From contig OZ024743.1 in assembly GCA_964016885.1 (NCBI GenBank), positions 225,742,001 to 225,806,000 on the forward strand: DNA of 64,000 nucleotides. Direction: 5' to 3'. The position numbers were made by a program, and so were the translations under genes. Under the pieces are notes generated by a model that worked only from the letters and a program-made list of their open reading frames with translations, had not been told where the DNA came from and did not search any database. Shown here piece by piece: positions 38,848 through 51,927 of the stretch. The stretch comes from Eledone cirrhosa (taxonomy: Eukaryota). Within the stretch, counting starts at the first letter, position 1. Each line of letters starts with the position of its first letter.

Positions 38848-39281
38848 CGGTCTGTCTGTATGTCTGTCTGTCTCAACCTTAACCCCTCTGTATATAATAT
38901 ATATATATATAAAATATATATATATATCAACTAGAAATTGATTGACATATATATATATATTTAAAATAAAGACATGAAATAATCACAGGGGATAATTTGT
39001 AAAGTGTGTAATCACACATAGCTAGGTAGGTAACTAATTAAAGTTTAACTAGAGCTTCAAATATTACCCTTTAAAAAATTATTAATCCTCCTTGTATATA
39101 TTTCATTAAAGAAATATATTTCACAATTAATCCGTAAAAAGTCACAGTAGTCAAATGTTGGATTTTCAGCAAGGGGGAAAATTTCACTATCTGTGTTTAC
39201 ACATCAAATGCAAATCTGCGAGTCACCCATCTCACGTGTTGCAATTCTAAAACTACTAACAACATGCTAGCGTCATCCCAG

Positions 39282-39345
39282 TGACGTGAATAGGGTGGTC
39301 GACAGCTATAAATAGCAGCCGAGTCCTTTCAACTGAGTTAGTTCT
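39282..39345 (+). promoter_or_regulatory. Candidate Pol II core promoter inside a TA-flanked repeat
   Basis: TGACGT, TATAAATA at 39307 and initiator-like TTAGTT ~31 nt downstream. Confidence 0.35.
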
Positions 39346-39439
39346 ACAATTAAGGAGCCGTGTATATACCCAAAATTAATTTAATGGCGCATGTCTCGGA
39401 CATGACTCCCTTAATTTAATTAAATTTAATTAATTTTGG

Positions 39440-39470
<31 letters not shown>

Positions 39471-39649
39471 TGGATGAATACCTCAACAGGTACAATGTAC
39501 TTGTAGAAATATGCAAGTTGTTTATAATACATGTGGTTCAATGGTACTAATTCGAGATGCCAGAACAATATAAAAAGTAGCGAAGCAAGCGGTTATTAAA
39601 CAATTTTCTAAATAAATTAAAAAACAATTTAAATAATCACCTGTTCCAT

Positions 39650-39682
<33 letters not shown>

Positions 39683-39783
39683 GAAAATGTGTGACCCCGA
39701 CGGCAGAGCTCAAGCCGTTTCGACTCAGTCCAGAAATCCCCGTAGAAACGACTTGAGCTCTGCTGTCGGGGTCACACATTTTC
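39683..39783. repeat. GC-rich hairpin with ~38-bp arms next to (TA)n
   Basis: GAAAATGTGTGACCCCGACGGCAGAGCTCAAGCCGTTTC / GAAACGACTTGAGCTCTGCTGTCGGGGTCACACATTTTC. Confidence 0.9.
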
Positions 39784-39863
39784 CTATCACCCACTCTACT
39801 ACCCTAAGTATTGAGTACTCTAGTGCGTTATGGTCCATTTGGTTCCTTACCACAACTCCTTCG

Positions 39864-39941
<78 letters not shown>

Positions 39942-40006
39942 AGAATAGAAATGGCTGTGTAGTTGCTATTTAAGGTAGCTTAAAAAATATATATATACAT
40001 ACATAT

Positions 40007-40302
40007 ATAAATTAATAAAAACAATGAAATAAAAATAAAGAACAGGTTCCTTATATTGAAAAATTCATCATTTTACGATCGTTTCTGGGATATATATGTG
40101 TGTTGGTATGTATATCATGTTAAAGATCTATGTAAAAAAATTACAAATTATCCTCTGATAATTAGTAATTTTTTTACATAGATTTTTAACATGATATACA
40201 TACCAACACACATATATATCCCGGAAACGATCGTAAAATGATGAATTTTTCAATATAAGGAATCTGTTCTTTGTTTTTATTTCATTGTTTTTATTAATTT
40301 AT
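40007..40302. repeat. ~145-bp-arm fold-back (pLTR-like) with a hammerhead 3' half
   Basis: Arms are near-perfect reverse complements; GAAACGATCGTA at 40224-40235. Confidence 0.85.
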
Positions 40303-40759
40303 CTTGACTCTGTTTTCGTATGATTTTCATCGTTAATTTTTGAATGCATTTTCTCTTTTCATGATCCCTTCTATATTTGGATTACATTGAGTTCTTCATA
40401 CGTATTGGACACTACCGTTTATTTTGGTAGATTTATCTATATACATACATATATATATTGTTATACTTTGGGAGGGTCATGCCCCCAATAAAAACATGCA
40501 CCTGTTGGGTTTCACTTCAATTAATTATTATATCTTCCCAGTCGTTTAGTTTAATAACCTGATTGTTGTTTAGTTGTTGATTTCATCGTTACACATTCTG
40601 TGACCTTCCCAGTGACTACTTTTGTTGTTATTTATTGGTGTCTCTTTTGTTCTCTCCTATACCACCTTGTATATATATATATATGTATATATATATGTAT
40701 ATATACATATATATATGTATATATATATGTATATATATATATATGTATATATATATATG

Positions 40760-40790
<31 letters not shown>

Positions 40791-40829
40791 GTAAATATTT
40801 GCACATACACCAATTAAACAAAGTTACAG

Positions 40830-41319
40830 GTATATATGTGTTTTGGCAACTTTTCACGATGTGGCTCAATGGAGAATTAATAAATTAAATAATCAGAGCT
40901 AAATACTATAGAGTAAAGCATGTCTAGAGAATTATTTGATAATATATATACATCATCTCTACTCCCAATCAGCATAATTAACCACACAAAAACATCAATT
41001 ATACCAGGCTATAAGAATAAAAGGCATCTATGTAGAAACAGTAAATAAATACGCCACAGCGGCGTCTTCGCGTACAACCGCTATAGAATATTTACCCAAC
41101 ATTTCAACAGCACGTGGATATTAATTAAATATACGGTCAACCATACATAATTATGTAAAAATTAATGTTAGAAATGCTTATATACATACCAGGATTAAAT
41201 CACTAAATCCCGACCCAAGGGTTTCGCTCACTTTTGAGATACCTTATTAAGGATAATACTCGAGTTTTAGAGCTCTATATATATTATCAAATAATTCTCT
41301 GGACATGCTTTACTCTATA

Positions 41320-41322
<3 letters not shown>
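40830..41322 (-). mobile_element. TA-flanked repeat (paralog of 11570-12022) with decayed hammerhead and terminal inversion
   Basis: GTGGCTCAATG.AGAATTAATAAATTAAATAATCAGAGCT is shared; 41275-41322 inverts ~40904-40950. Confidence 0.7.
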
Positions 41323-41404
<82 letters not shown>

Positions 41405-41487
41405 CAATAAAGAGAGACAAACATAGATATGCCTTCAAATCACAAGGGACGTAAATATTGTGAGTTTTTAACTCAATGTATACTTTT

Positions 41488-41529
<42 letters not shown>

Positions 41530-41533
41530 CTTT

Positions 41534-41662
41534 CCCGCTGATGAACCGTTGCAAAGCTCTAGTTATGTAACATTTGACAATATTATATGGCTTCTGTGTA
41601 TAACACTCGCAGATGTAAATGTTACGTACAGGATGTAGCACAGAAACTGCCGACAGTCCGGG
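41534..41662 (+). ncRNA. Type I hammerhead motif with extended stem II
   Basis: CCCG CUGAUGA ... GAAA CUG CCGA CAG UC CGGG; base of stem II mismatched. Confidence 0.75.
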
Positions 41663-42022
41663 TTTATTTGGTATAGAGATACCATTACTCACACAGCCGT
41701 TTATTTATTAGTAACAAAAACGTGTGCATTCTGAATCATAAATTGATATTTCTAACGTACGATTCTTATAAAATCAGAAGTGAGTAAATAGCGGCCGTAA
41801 CTGTAAGGATTTGATCCGATTAGTGCTCCTTAACCAATATTTCTTCTTCTTCTTCTTCTTCTTCTTCTTCTTCTTCTTCTTCTTCTTCTTCTTCTTCTTC
41901 TTCTTCTCCCCCCCCCCCCCCCACACATATATACACATACATATAATATGTGTGTTGGTGCGAGAGGTAAAGAGTCAAACAGTCAGAGACAGATGCATTT
42001 ATTTCTATAAATATTATTGCAG

Positions 42023-42100
42023 GAAGAGATAGATATATAGTTAGGAATGATATGAAATCAAATGAAAGTGGTTATGCCATTCCAGTAAAGGCGAAGTACG
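42023..42100 (+). CDS. Candidate 78-nt phase-1 host micro-exon (RDRYIVRNDMKSNESGYAIPVKAKY)
   Basis: TTGCAG acceptor, G|GTGAGT donor, open frame in non-repetitive sequence; no recognised homology. Confidence 0.35.
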
Positions 42101-42492
42101 GTGAGTAAAATGGTCGTTTATTTGCGTTTCAGATTTTTAAGATAAGCCGCTGGATCGATGGCTAATGAGAAATATATTCATTGCATATATCTGCAATTTA
42201 AAAAAATGCTAATATATATACATACATATATGCACATACACACATACACACATATTTATATATATAGAGAGATTATACAAACACACTCATATATGCTAAT
42301 GTATAAATAAATACAAAAATATATACATTTACATGAATATAAATATATAAATGGAAATGAATATATTCATATATAAATTTATATATATGTATATAAACAT
42401 ATATGTAAATGTATATATATATACACTAAAATATATATGTTTAAATATATATGTATATATATATATGTGTGTATCTCTGTATCTCTCTCTCG

Positions 42493-42540
<48 letters not shown>

Positions 42541-43389
42541 TTGTGTGTATGTGTGTGTGTGTAAGTTTGTGTTAGTGTGTATAAGTGTGTGTTTGTGTGA
42601 ATATACATTCATAAAAAAATGAATAAATATAAACAAAAGAAATTATTTTACATCGATAAAATTTCGGAAATTCTTTGATTCTTTGCTCCGAAGACAATTG
42701 AGTGAAATGGATTGTTTTTGAAATTTTTGAAATCAATGAAACTGATTCTACCCTAAAATAAACAACAGACAGATCCACCACCTCTTTCTTCCTGTTTGGT
42801 TGACTGAGATTGAACCCACATACAGTAGGAATGGACAGACATTCTCTTTGGTTGTTGACATTATTGATTTGTGAGAAATCTTCGTGATTGTGCTTTATCG
42901 ATATATTTTATTTTTTAGGAATTTTTTTTTGTATCTTTGCTAATTTTTTCTCCTTCTTTGAGCAGAGAATAAACATAATTTTTGGTTAAAAACATAACGA
43001 AGGTTTTTTGTGTGTGTCTGAAGTAATGCTTGCGTCTAACACACAAACACACACAAGCACACACACACATACACACACACATATACACATGTACATATGA
43101 ACATGTAATCACATAACATGTGTGGATGTATGTATGCACGTATGTATGGATGTATGTATGTATTTATTTATGTTTGTATGTATGTATGTACGTACGTACG
43201 CACGCATGCATGCATGTATGTATGTGTGTGTATGTATGTATATTTGTATGTATGTATGTACGCACGTACGAACATATGTGTGTATGTATGTATGTATGTA
43301 TGTACGTACGTAGTATGTATGTATGTATGTACGTACGTATGCATACATGTATATATGTATGTGTGTATGTATGTATGTGTGTGTGTTAT

Positions 43390-44910
43390 GTCAGGTCAGG
43401 TCTCTGCTTCCTACTGGTTCCATGTAGTCCAGTACAACCTGTTTCATGGTCGGGTGGACGGTGACTAAACCGCCCTCCTCCACCAGACCCTGGTTTGGCA
43501 AGGAGGGTATGTGGAAACCCAGCAGCACAAAAAGAAGAGCTGTCAAAGGGTGGATGAACTCCACACAGTCAACGCCCATCCACCCCAACTATAGGTTAAA
43601 TAGCCTCACCAACCTGCAGTTGGCCAAGCTTGGTGAGTACGACTACACCTCCTGGAGAGGTTAAACTCCGTGATATTAACACATATCCTTGTAACTGTCG
43701 TGTTATCTTGTCTCAGTTGTCACTTGACACATAGCTGCGGGGGTGGAGTGAGAGCTATCTGTGTAACACAAGCACGTAGCATTGCTATCTTTATGCGCAG
43801 ATATTTCTTCATACGTCCCATGGCGATGGAAGAGTGGCAACTTTGCACACTCGACCAGTTAGAAACACAGTCACAAATCTATACGTGGGAGACTCGTGTC
43901 ATATCCTTACGTAGCTGTACTGTTAACCTGAACAGCAACATGCTGCGGTGGAGTGTCAGCAATCTTAGGGGTTGCACTGCTCACACATAGCACATGGGAA
44001 GGGTCTAGAAAAAAGGTGACCAAAACAACGCCTGTTCAGTCATCAAACTGGCCAGCCACCTGCGGTTGGCGGTAGTTCATAACAGCAGGACTAAAAACCA
44101 AGCGATACTATAACAAAAAGTACAGAATGAATGTTAGTACTTGGAACGTAAGGACACTTTTGACAGTAGGGTGTCTGGTAATCCTGAACGTCGAACTGGT
44201 TTGATGACAAAGGAATTGGTTCAGTATGGTATTGACATAACTGCACTCTCTGAAACATGACTGAGTGGTGAGGATAAATTGACAGAATCCGGAGTGGATT
44301 ACTCCTTTTTCTGAAAATGCAAGCCCGAGGGGGAGAAACGTGAGGGAGGTGTAGGCTTTGTCATTCGCACTGAGTTAACAAGCCATCTGGAACAACGCTA
44401 CGGTGTTAGTGACAGAATCATGATCCTTAGAGTTACCTTACCGCGCAGTCGTTCTTTGACTATATTTTCCAGTAGCGAAGAATACATAATGGTATTCTAT
44501 GAAAATCTTTGATCTACCATCGCCAAAGTCCCAAAAGCAAACAAGATTCTTCTCTTTTATTTTTTATGCCAGGGTTGGTAGGGATCATGAGACTTGGGAA
44601 GCATTGGGGAAGTACAGTCTTGGAAGCACGAATGGCAATAGACTGCACCTTCTTCAGCTCTGCACTGAATTTGAACTGGCCATTTGCAACTCCTTTTTCC
44701 ACCAGAAGGACGCTCATAATGTTACATGGATTCATCCAAGATCCAAACATGCAAATATTCTTGATTATACCATCTGTCGTAAACGAGATTTTCTGGATGT
44801 TTGCACAGTCCGGGCCATGCGTGGTGCTGAGTGTGGGACAGAACATGCTCTAGTATGTGGCAAAATGAAATTTCGCGTGAAACATAAAATAAGATCTAAT
44901 GAGACAAGGC
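43390..44910 (+). mobile_element. RTE (BovB-like) LINE 5' leader and decayed AP-endonuclease
   Basis: MNVSTWNVRTL, PERRT, IDITALSET, REGGVGF, NG..LL.LC..EL.I.NSFF, TWIHPRSKH..LDY. Confidence 0.85.
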
Positions 44911-45274
44911 TTACGTATGTATATATATATGTCTGATGGCTGGCCCTGTGATAAACACGACTCACTATTAAGACTTAATGAAATGAGCTCATAACAATCA
45001 GCAGTCTGGGTTCGATTATGTTGGTGTGCTCCCTAGCTCTTTTTGATTCCCAAATGTAAGGAGTACTCGATACTTCCCCTATTCTGTCATGGCTTACTAG
45101 CTCGATACGGACGTTTAAAATTATTAAATAAATAATAGATAAATAAATATATAAAGTTAAATCGTATATATAGAGTAATGTAAATGTTATGTGAGATATT
45201 GCTCAAGAACACAATGCGTTGCTGCTTTCACCCTAATAATAATGATGGCAATGTCTGTATACAACAACTACAAC

Positions 45275-46410
45275 GGCACGCGATGGGGCCCACCCACAGC
45301 CCCGGCGGACAGAATGGAGAAGGCGTTTCCCCGCAGAACGGCAAGGGAGACGCGCTGGAAAAGCCACTCCAACTCGCAGTTCTCAAACCTGCGGCTGGCC
45401 AGCTCAGCGCCTATGGTGGTGAGTAAGGAGTTAGCCCTGGCGCCGAGGACACCACTGCCAGGGGTACGTCCGCAAACCTGTCGGAGAGCGACCGGTATTT
45501 GAGGAGTTTGGCCTCCTTAGCCGTGCAGCAGAACCTGGGTCAGTCGCTGACTGCACCAGGTTGTGGTTGCAGAAAGCGTCGGTGCAAGTGGCATCCCAGA
45601 CGAGAGGTTTGCCACCGTGGAACGGGAAGATGGTCATGCCATCTAGCCTTTTGCCGTCCCCTCGATCCAGCCCCACCGGCTCGAGCTGGGAAGGGAAGCC
45701 TGCAGCGTCCAAGCCATGCTTAATGACTTCGTTGAGGGCAGCATGGCGTGGAATGCGGGTGGAATGTGGCGACAGGAAAGCGGGTGGAGGCCGAAAGAGT
45801 CCACGGTGGAACCGCAGCGACATTGGTGTGGCTGGCAGATCAGGAGGCCGAGCCTCAGGGAAACGCCGATTCGCAGGCTATGGTTGTCTAGCTGCGTGCC
45901 AGTGGAGAAAGAGGGCAGAGCATGGAGCCAGGCACCACTGTGGGGTTTGGAGGCCGCACGAAAACAAGCAAGGCGGTGCTGGTCGAGCTGGCGCGTGAGC
46001 CTCTCTGAGGCCAGGATGCACTGGATGGCATCCCAAGTGCGTTTGGGGGACTTGACGTCAACAGGGGGAGAAGGAGGAGGGACGTCTACTGGGCTAAGTC
46101 CCAGCCGGTCCCACGTCTCACAGGCGGCCTCACGTTCTCTGAACACAGAGAGTTCTGTTGTGTTTTGGAGAACCCTGCTGACGAGGACGCGGCACGAGGT
46201 TACTGACGAAAGATACGCCGGCAAAGCTAGTGAGATCGGGGATGTGAGGCCAAGGCCGCCATACCTGACAGGTAAAGTGGCCTGTTGCCACCCTATGTCG
46301 TCAAACTTAACGTTGCATATCCCCTCGGCTGCTGCTCGGATACAAGTATCGAGGTCAGCGAGGAGAGATGTCTGGGTGGAGCATGGAGAGCTGCGGAGTG
46401 TAAATCTATA
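45275..46410 (-). mobile_element. CRE-clade LINE 3' fragment (RT thumb, Zn finger, restriction-like endonuclease)
   Basis: QATLPVRYGGLG, SGAWLHALP, CRCG..D.FGLHPLSC, RHAALN, LEP.GL.RGDGKR.DG, LVWD.TC. Confidence 0.9.
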
Positions 46411-47389
46411 AGTTAAATCTATAAATACATAGCTTGTAATCGAGACTGCACCAATATGTATACATATACACACATCTAATATGTAGGCAATGACACATCC
46501 CAGAAAATACGAATTTCCATGTACATAAAAACAACGATAAACATCTTTAATCTTATTTTACATGTCTACAACCAGTTAATTTTTTTTAGATAATTCTATT
46601 GACTGATTAATTGCTTAAGTTTTTTAAAAACTACCCGGTCGAGAGCTTAATTCGATTTGTGTTGTTTTTGAAATTTTTGCATCGATTACACATACTGAAT
46701 TCATTTGCCATAATTTGGGGTTTTCTCCCCTGTAGAGTTACACATGTGCTTTCAAAACACTGAGATTCAAAACGCTGGCGCAGAAAATACCTGTTGAGAA
46801 AGTGATATCCTTGTTCGATCATTATACCAAAGGCTTATTTTTTTTAAGCAGACAGTATTATTGATTTAGGTGTCGCAGAAACCCTGCACTGGATTATACT
46901 ATCATTTCCAAAGGGGCCGGGTAAATTTTCCTTTCATATTTTGTTTGACCCGTTTAGCTTGCTTCGTTTTTTTTTGGCTTAGGTGGTTGATAGCTTCTTA
47001 ACCGCCGTCTCAGTGTGTATGGCCTTTATAACATATGTGTATTGCTCTGGTCTTTTTTGGTCCATGGAGCGCTTGCCACACAAATCGGAAATTGAGTTTT
47101 GCTGAATTTATATTTGTATTAGATATGTGTATACAGTTATACATCACACTATTCTGCACAATATCACATAGAACATCCCCACACTACACTATTATATCAT
47201 ACACTATTGTTGTCACACACCACTTCACCACACTACACTGTAATATATCACACCGCATTAAGCATCACTATATACCACTAAGCCACAAATTACAATTGAA
47301 GGAGTATGCCTCCACGTGGCCGCTCATATTGCTAGAAATAGTAGTCAAATCTTGCTAACACCACATGTCTGCCACATTTAAATAGAAAC

Positions 47390-47640
47390 AGTTGGGCATG
47401 TGGTTAGAATTTCTCAGGCAAGAATCACTGGACAGATTTTCACGAGCCAAACCAGCCTGCAGGAGATCCAGGGGTAGACTCCAAACAAGACTCCATGAGC
47501 TTTGCTGGTCTCGCTTGGGGATCAAGCAGGATCAGTTAGAGACGGTTGCTTCTGAAAGGACCCTCTGGAAGGAATGTTTTGAGGATTCTGCACCCCATGA
47601 CCCTCTCAGGAATAAGTGGTCGAAGAGTTGGGACGAAACA
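47390..47640 (+). mobile_element. RTE-like LINE 3'-end fragment
   Basis: AKP..RRSRGR..TR..LCWSRLGI..L..VA.ER.LW pattern typical of RTE C-termini. Confidence 0.6.
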
Positions 47641-47731
47641 TTTTTGTATGTGTATGTGTTTGTGAGTGTGAGTGCGTGTGCATGTGTGTTTGTTTGTGTG
47701 TGTGTGTGGTGTTTGTATCGTGTCGTGTGTG

Positions 47732-47764
<33 letters not shown>

Positions 47765-48232
47765 ATGTGTGTTTTTGTGTGTGTTTGTATGTTTGTGTCG
47801 TGTGTGTGTCTGTGTCATGTGTATGTGTCGTGTTTGTGTGTGTGTGTGTGTTCCGTGCATGTGTGCGCCGTGTGTGTGCGTGTGTGCGCCGTGTGTGCGC
47901 GTGTGTGCGCCGTGTGTGTGCGTGTGTGTGTGTACATGTGTATGTGTGTGTACATGCGAGCGTGCACCTGTGTGTCTGCGTGTTTCAAATAGCTATCACG
48001 ACTGTTCCACAATACAATTGTATGTAATCTCAGTAATATCAGTATATGAAAGTAACAAGTAATAAGTCAGTTGAACAACCAACAACCCAGTTTTGCCAAC
48101 CTCTTCAAAGTGAAGAAAATCCTACTTCTTTCTTCTCTCTTCTTAGTAGTGTCATATATATTCTATTTGTTGCTGTGTATAGACTATATAAGTAACAGTT
48201 GTTATGAATGGAACTATGAATGTAACTGTTCT

Positions 48233-48281
48233 CAGATGTTGATGATGATGATGATGATGGCGCCAACGACGGAGAAGATGT

Positions 48282-48336
<55 letters not shown>

Positions 48337-48398
48337 CACTGCGGCAACGACGGCGAAGATGTTGTTGATGTTGATGTTGATGTTGATGTTGATGATGT

Positions 48399-48438
<40 letters not shown>

Positions 48439-48779
48439 CAGTCCGTCTTTCATCTTTTCTTCTTTACCTATTATTTTCTCAACAATATTTGATCGTTCTG
48501 TTGCACTCAGTCTGTCTGTCTCACTCTTTGTCTCTCTCTGTCTGTCTGTCTGTCTGTATATCTGTCTCACTCTCTCTCTATCTTTCTCTCTCTCTGTCTC
48601 TCTGTCTGTCTGTCTGTCTGTCTGTATATCTGTCTCACTCTCTCTCTATCTCTCTCTCTCTCTGTCTCTCTGTATGTCTGTCTGTCTGTCTGTCTGCATG
48701 TCTGGCTGTTTGTCTCTCTGTTTCTCACACTCTCTCTCTGTCTCTCTCTGTCTGTCTGTCTGTCTTTCACTCTCTCACA

Positions 48780-48825
<46 letters not shown>

Positions 48826-48854
48826 GTCTCTCGCTCTCTATCTCTCTCTGTCTG

Positions 48855-48887
<33 letters not shown>

Positions 48888-48914
48888 GTGTCTCTCTGTC
48901 TCTCGCTCTCTATC

Positions 48915-48983
<69 letters not shown>

Positions 48984-48986
48984 TTG

Positions 48987-49082
<96 letters not shown>

Positions 49083-49750
49083 CACTTTTTTATTTGTCTC
49101 TTTCCATTTGTTACATTTACCACACGACTGTTATTGTTCTCGTTTTCATTGTGATAATTGTTATGGTTGTTGTTGTTGCTGTTGTTGTTGCTTTGTGTGG
49201 TCGTGGTGGTGGTCGTGGTGGTGGTCGTGGTGGTGGTGGTAGTGGTGGTGGCGGTGGTGGCGGTAGTGGTGGTGGCGGTGGTGGTGATGGTGGCGGTGGT
49301 GGTGGTGGTTGTAGTGGTGGTGGTTGTATTGGTGGTTATTGTTGTTCATGTTCTTGTTACTGTTGCTTTGTTTGGTTTGGTGATAGTGGTGGCGGTGGTT
49401 GTGCTGGTGGTGGTGGTGGTGGTGGTTGTGGTAGTGGTGGTGGTGGTGGGGCTGGTTGCGCTGGTGGTGGTAGTGATTGTAGTAGTAGTGGTGGTGCTTG
49501 TGGTGGTGGCGGTAGTAGTTGTTGTCGTGGTGGTAGTGGTGGTGGTGGTGGTAGTGGTAGTTGTTGATATGATCATGATGGTGGTTGTGGTGGTGATGGT
49601 GGTGGATGTGGTGGTTGTAGTAGTAGTGGTGGTGGTTGCTGTTGAATGTTGTTGTGATGGTGGTTGTGGAGGTGTCATGATGGTAATGGTAGTGGTTGTG
49701 GTTGTGGTGGTCGTAGTGGTGGTGGTTGTGGTGGTGGTAGTGGTGGTGTT
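48233..49750. repeat. (GAT)n, (TC/TGTC)n and (GGT)n microsatellite block
   Basis: Directly visible. Confidence 0.95.
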
Positions 49751-50158
49751 GTGCGTGTACACGTGTATGTGTGTGCGTGTATTTATGTATGTATATGAAT
49801 GACTGTTTTTGTTTATTTTTGTTACAGATATTTATTTTATTTTATTGTTGTTGTTATAATTATTACCTTATCATTGTTGTTGTAGCTGCTGATGTACTTG
49901 TTGCTGTTGTTCAGTTTAGTGTTGGTCTCTAAATGTGTGTATGTTTGTTTTTGCAGTGCCCTCGCAGGAGAGATGCACTTCTCGCCATTGAAAAACAGAT
50001 CATCAATGTCTATATACACTAGCTTCCTATCACACACACAACAACAAATTCAATAGCAAAAATAGTAAAAATAGCAAAAATAGCAAAAATAGCAAAAATA
50101 TCAAAAAAAAAAAAAAAATAGTAGCCATATGTTATCCATTGTCTTTCATGCCTTACAG

Positions 50159-50212
50159 ATAAACCGAGATATTGCCATTTCAATGAATGGCAGCAAACTC
50201 GTGAATTATTAG
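50159..50212 (+). CDS. Candidate 54-nt phase-1 host micro-exon (KPRYCHFNEWQQTRELL)
   Basis: CCTTACAG acceptor, AG|GTATAT donor, open in phase 1. Confidence 0.3.
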   Translation: MNRDIAISMNGSKLVNY

Positions 50213-50874
50213 GTATATGTATATATGTTATATATGTATATCACACAAAACTGTTTTACACCATAGAATCTGCCACAACAAAGGATATTTAGCAACGAAA
50301 TAATGCCGTTAGCTTCGTTTCCACTAAATCCTCCTATCTCTTATACATCAGTTCTGATCAACTGATATTGGTCTTTTTATTCCCATTTAAAATAATAATA
50401 ACAATAACAACAACGATAATAACAATAATAACAATAAAGAAGACAATAATAATAATAATAATAATGATAATAATTATTATTTTTAGTATTATTATTAGTG
50501 TTATTTGTGTTGCTGTTTTCGTTTTCCTACAGTACAGCAATGGTTTTTCATAGTATTCATTAAATTATTGTTAGTGTACAAATGTACCTAACAACGGTCC
50601 TCAGGTGCAACACTAAACAATGATGTTGATGATGATGATGATGATGATAAAGATAACAATGACGATGGTGACGGTGATGACGAAGATGACAAAATGTTGT
50701 TGGTCTTTTTTTTTTCTTTTCACAGCTTTATCAGTGATCTTTCCTTGATGCTAGAAAGATGTTGGTGTGTTGAAGAATGGCAACCTTCACATAACACATT
50801 GGTGCATATTTGAAATTGGTTGTTACATGAATTGTAGCAATAGATGGACTCTGATGATGATGATGATGATAATA

Positions 50875-51927
50875 ATAATTGTTTCTACTTTTGGCACAAG
50901 GCCAGCAATTATCCAGTACATTACTGGTACTTTATTTTATCGAACCCGTAAGGATGTAAGCCAAAGTTAACCTCGGCGGGATTTGAACTCAGACCATAAA
51001 GGGCCGTAACTCTTTGCTGCAAAGCATGGCGTCCGATCCTCTACTGATACTGCAATAATAATGGTTTCTTATATAGGCACAAGTCCAGCAATTTTGGGGT
51101 AGGAGTAAGTCAATTTAATCGACACCAGTGCGTGACTGGTACTTTATTTTATTGACTCCGTAAGGATGAAAGGCAAAGTTAACCTCGGCGGGATTTGAAC
51201 ATGAGTTCAAATGATGATGATAATAATAATATTAATAATAATGTTTCTATTTTTGGCACAAGGCCAGCAATTTCTCCAGTGCATTACTGGTGCTTAATTT
51301 TATCAACTCCGTAAAGATGAAAGGCAAAGCTAACCTAGAACGTAAAGGGCGATAACTCTATGCTGCAAAGAAAGGTGTCTGACACTCTACCGATACAGCC
51401 AAAAGACTGCCCTATAATATTAATAATAATAATAATTGTTTCTATATCTGGCACAAGGCCAGCAATTTTCCCAGTGCATTACATAAAAATAATAATAATG
51501 ATTTCTTTATTATATATCATTACTATTGTGGATTGGCAGTATCGGTAGAGGATCGGACGCCATGCTTTCCAGCATAGTTACGTTCCTTTGCGGTCTGAGT
51601 TCAAATCCCGCCGAGGTGAACTTTGCCTTTCATCCTTACGGGGTCGATAAAATAAAGTACCAGTAATGTACTGGGTAATTGATGGCCTTGTGCCAAAAGT
51701 AGAAACGATTACTATTATTAACAGCCATTAACATGGCGGTGGATTGGCAGTATCGGTAGAGGGTCGGACGCCATGTTTTGACGCATAGAGTTACGGCCCT
51801 TGCCATTCTGAGTTCAAATTCCGCCGAGGTTAACTTTGCCTTTCATCCTTACGGGGTCGATAAAATAAAGTACCAGTAATGTACTGCGTAATTGCTGGCC
51901 TTGTGCCTAAAGTAGAAACAATTATTA
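50875..51927. mobile_element. Cluster of six SINE family A copies (four minus, two plus) separated by (AAT)n
   Basis: Copies start near 50875, 51062, 51240, 51432 (minus) and 51527, 51733 (plus). Confidence 0.9.

Noticed and set aside
43390-43475. HDV-like ribozyme at the RTE 5' end
   Set aside because: ACC/GGU and CUAA resemble P3 and J4/2, but no P1 or typical L3/P1.1 could be built; kept only as an unassigned structure.
45205-45236. 14-nt match to the CAGAAGA family (AGGGTGAAAGCAGC, minus strand)
   Set aside because: Too short, has no core, and adjoins SINE-like sequence.
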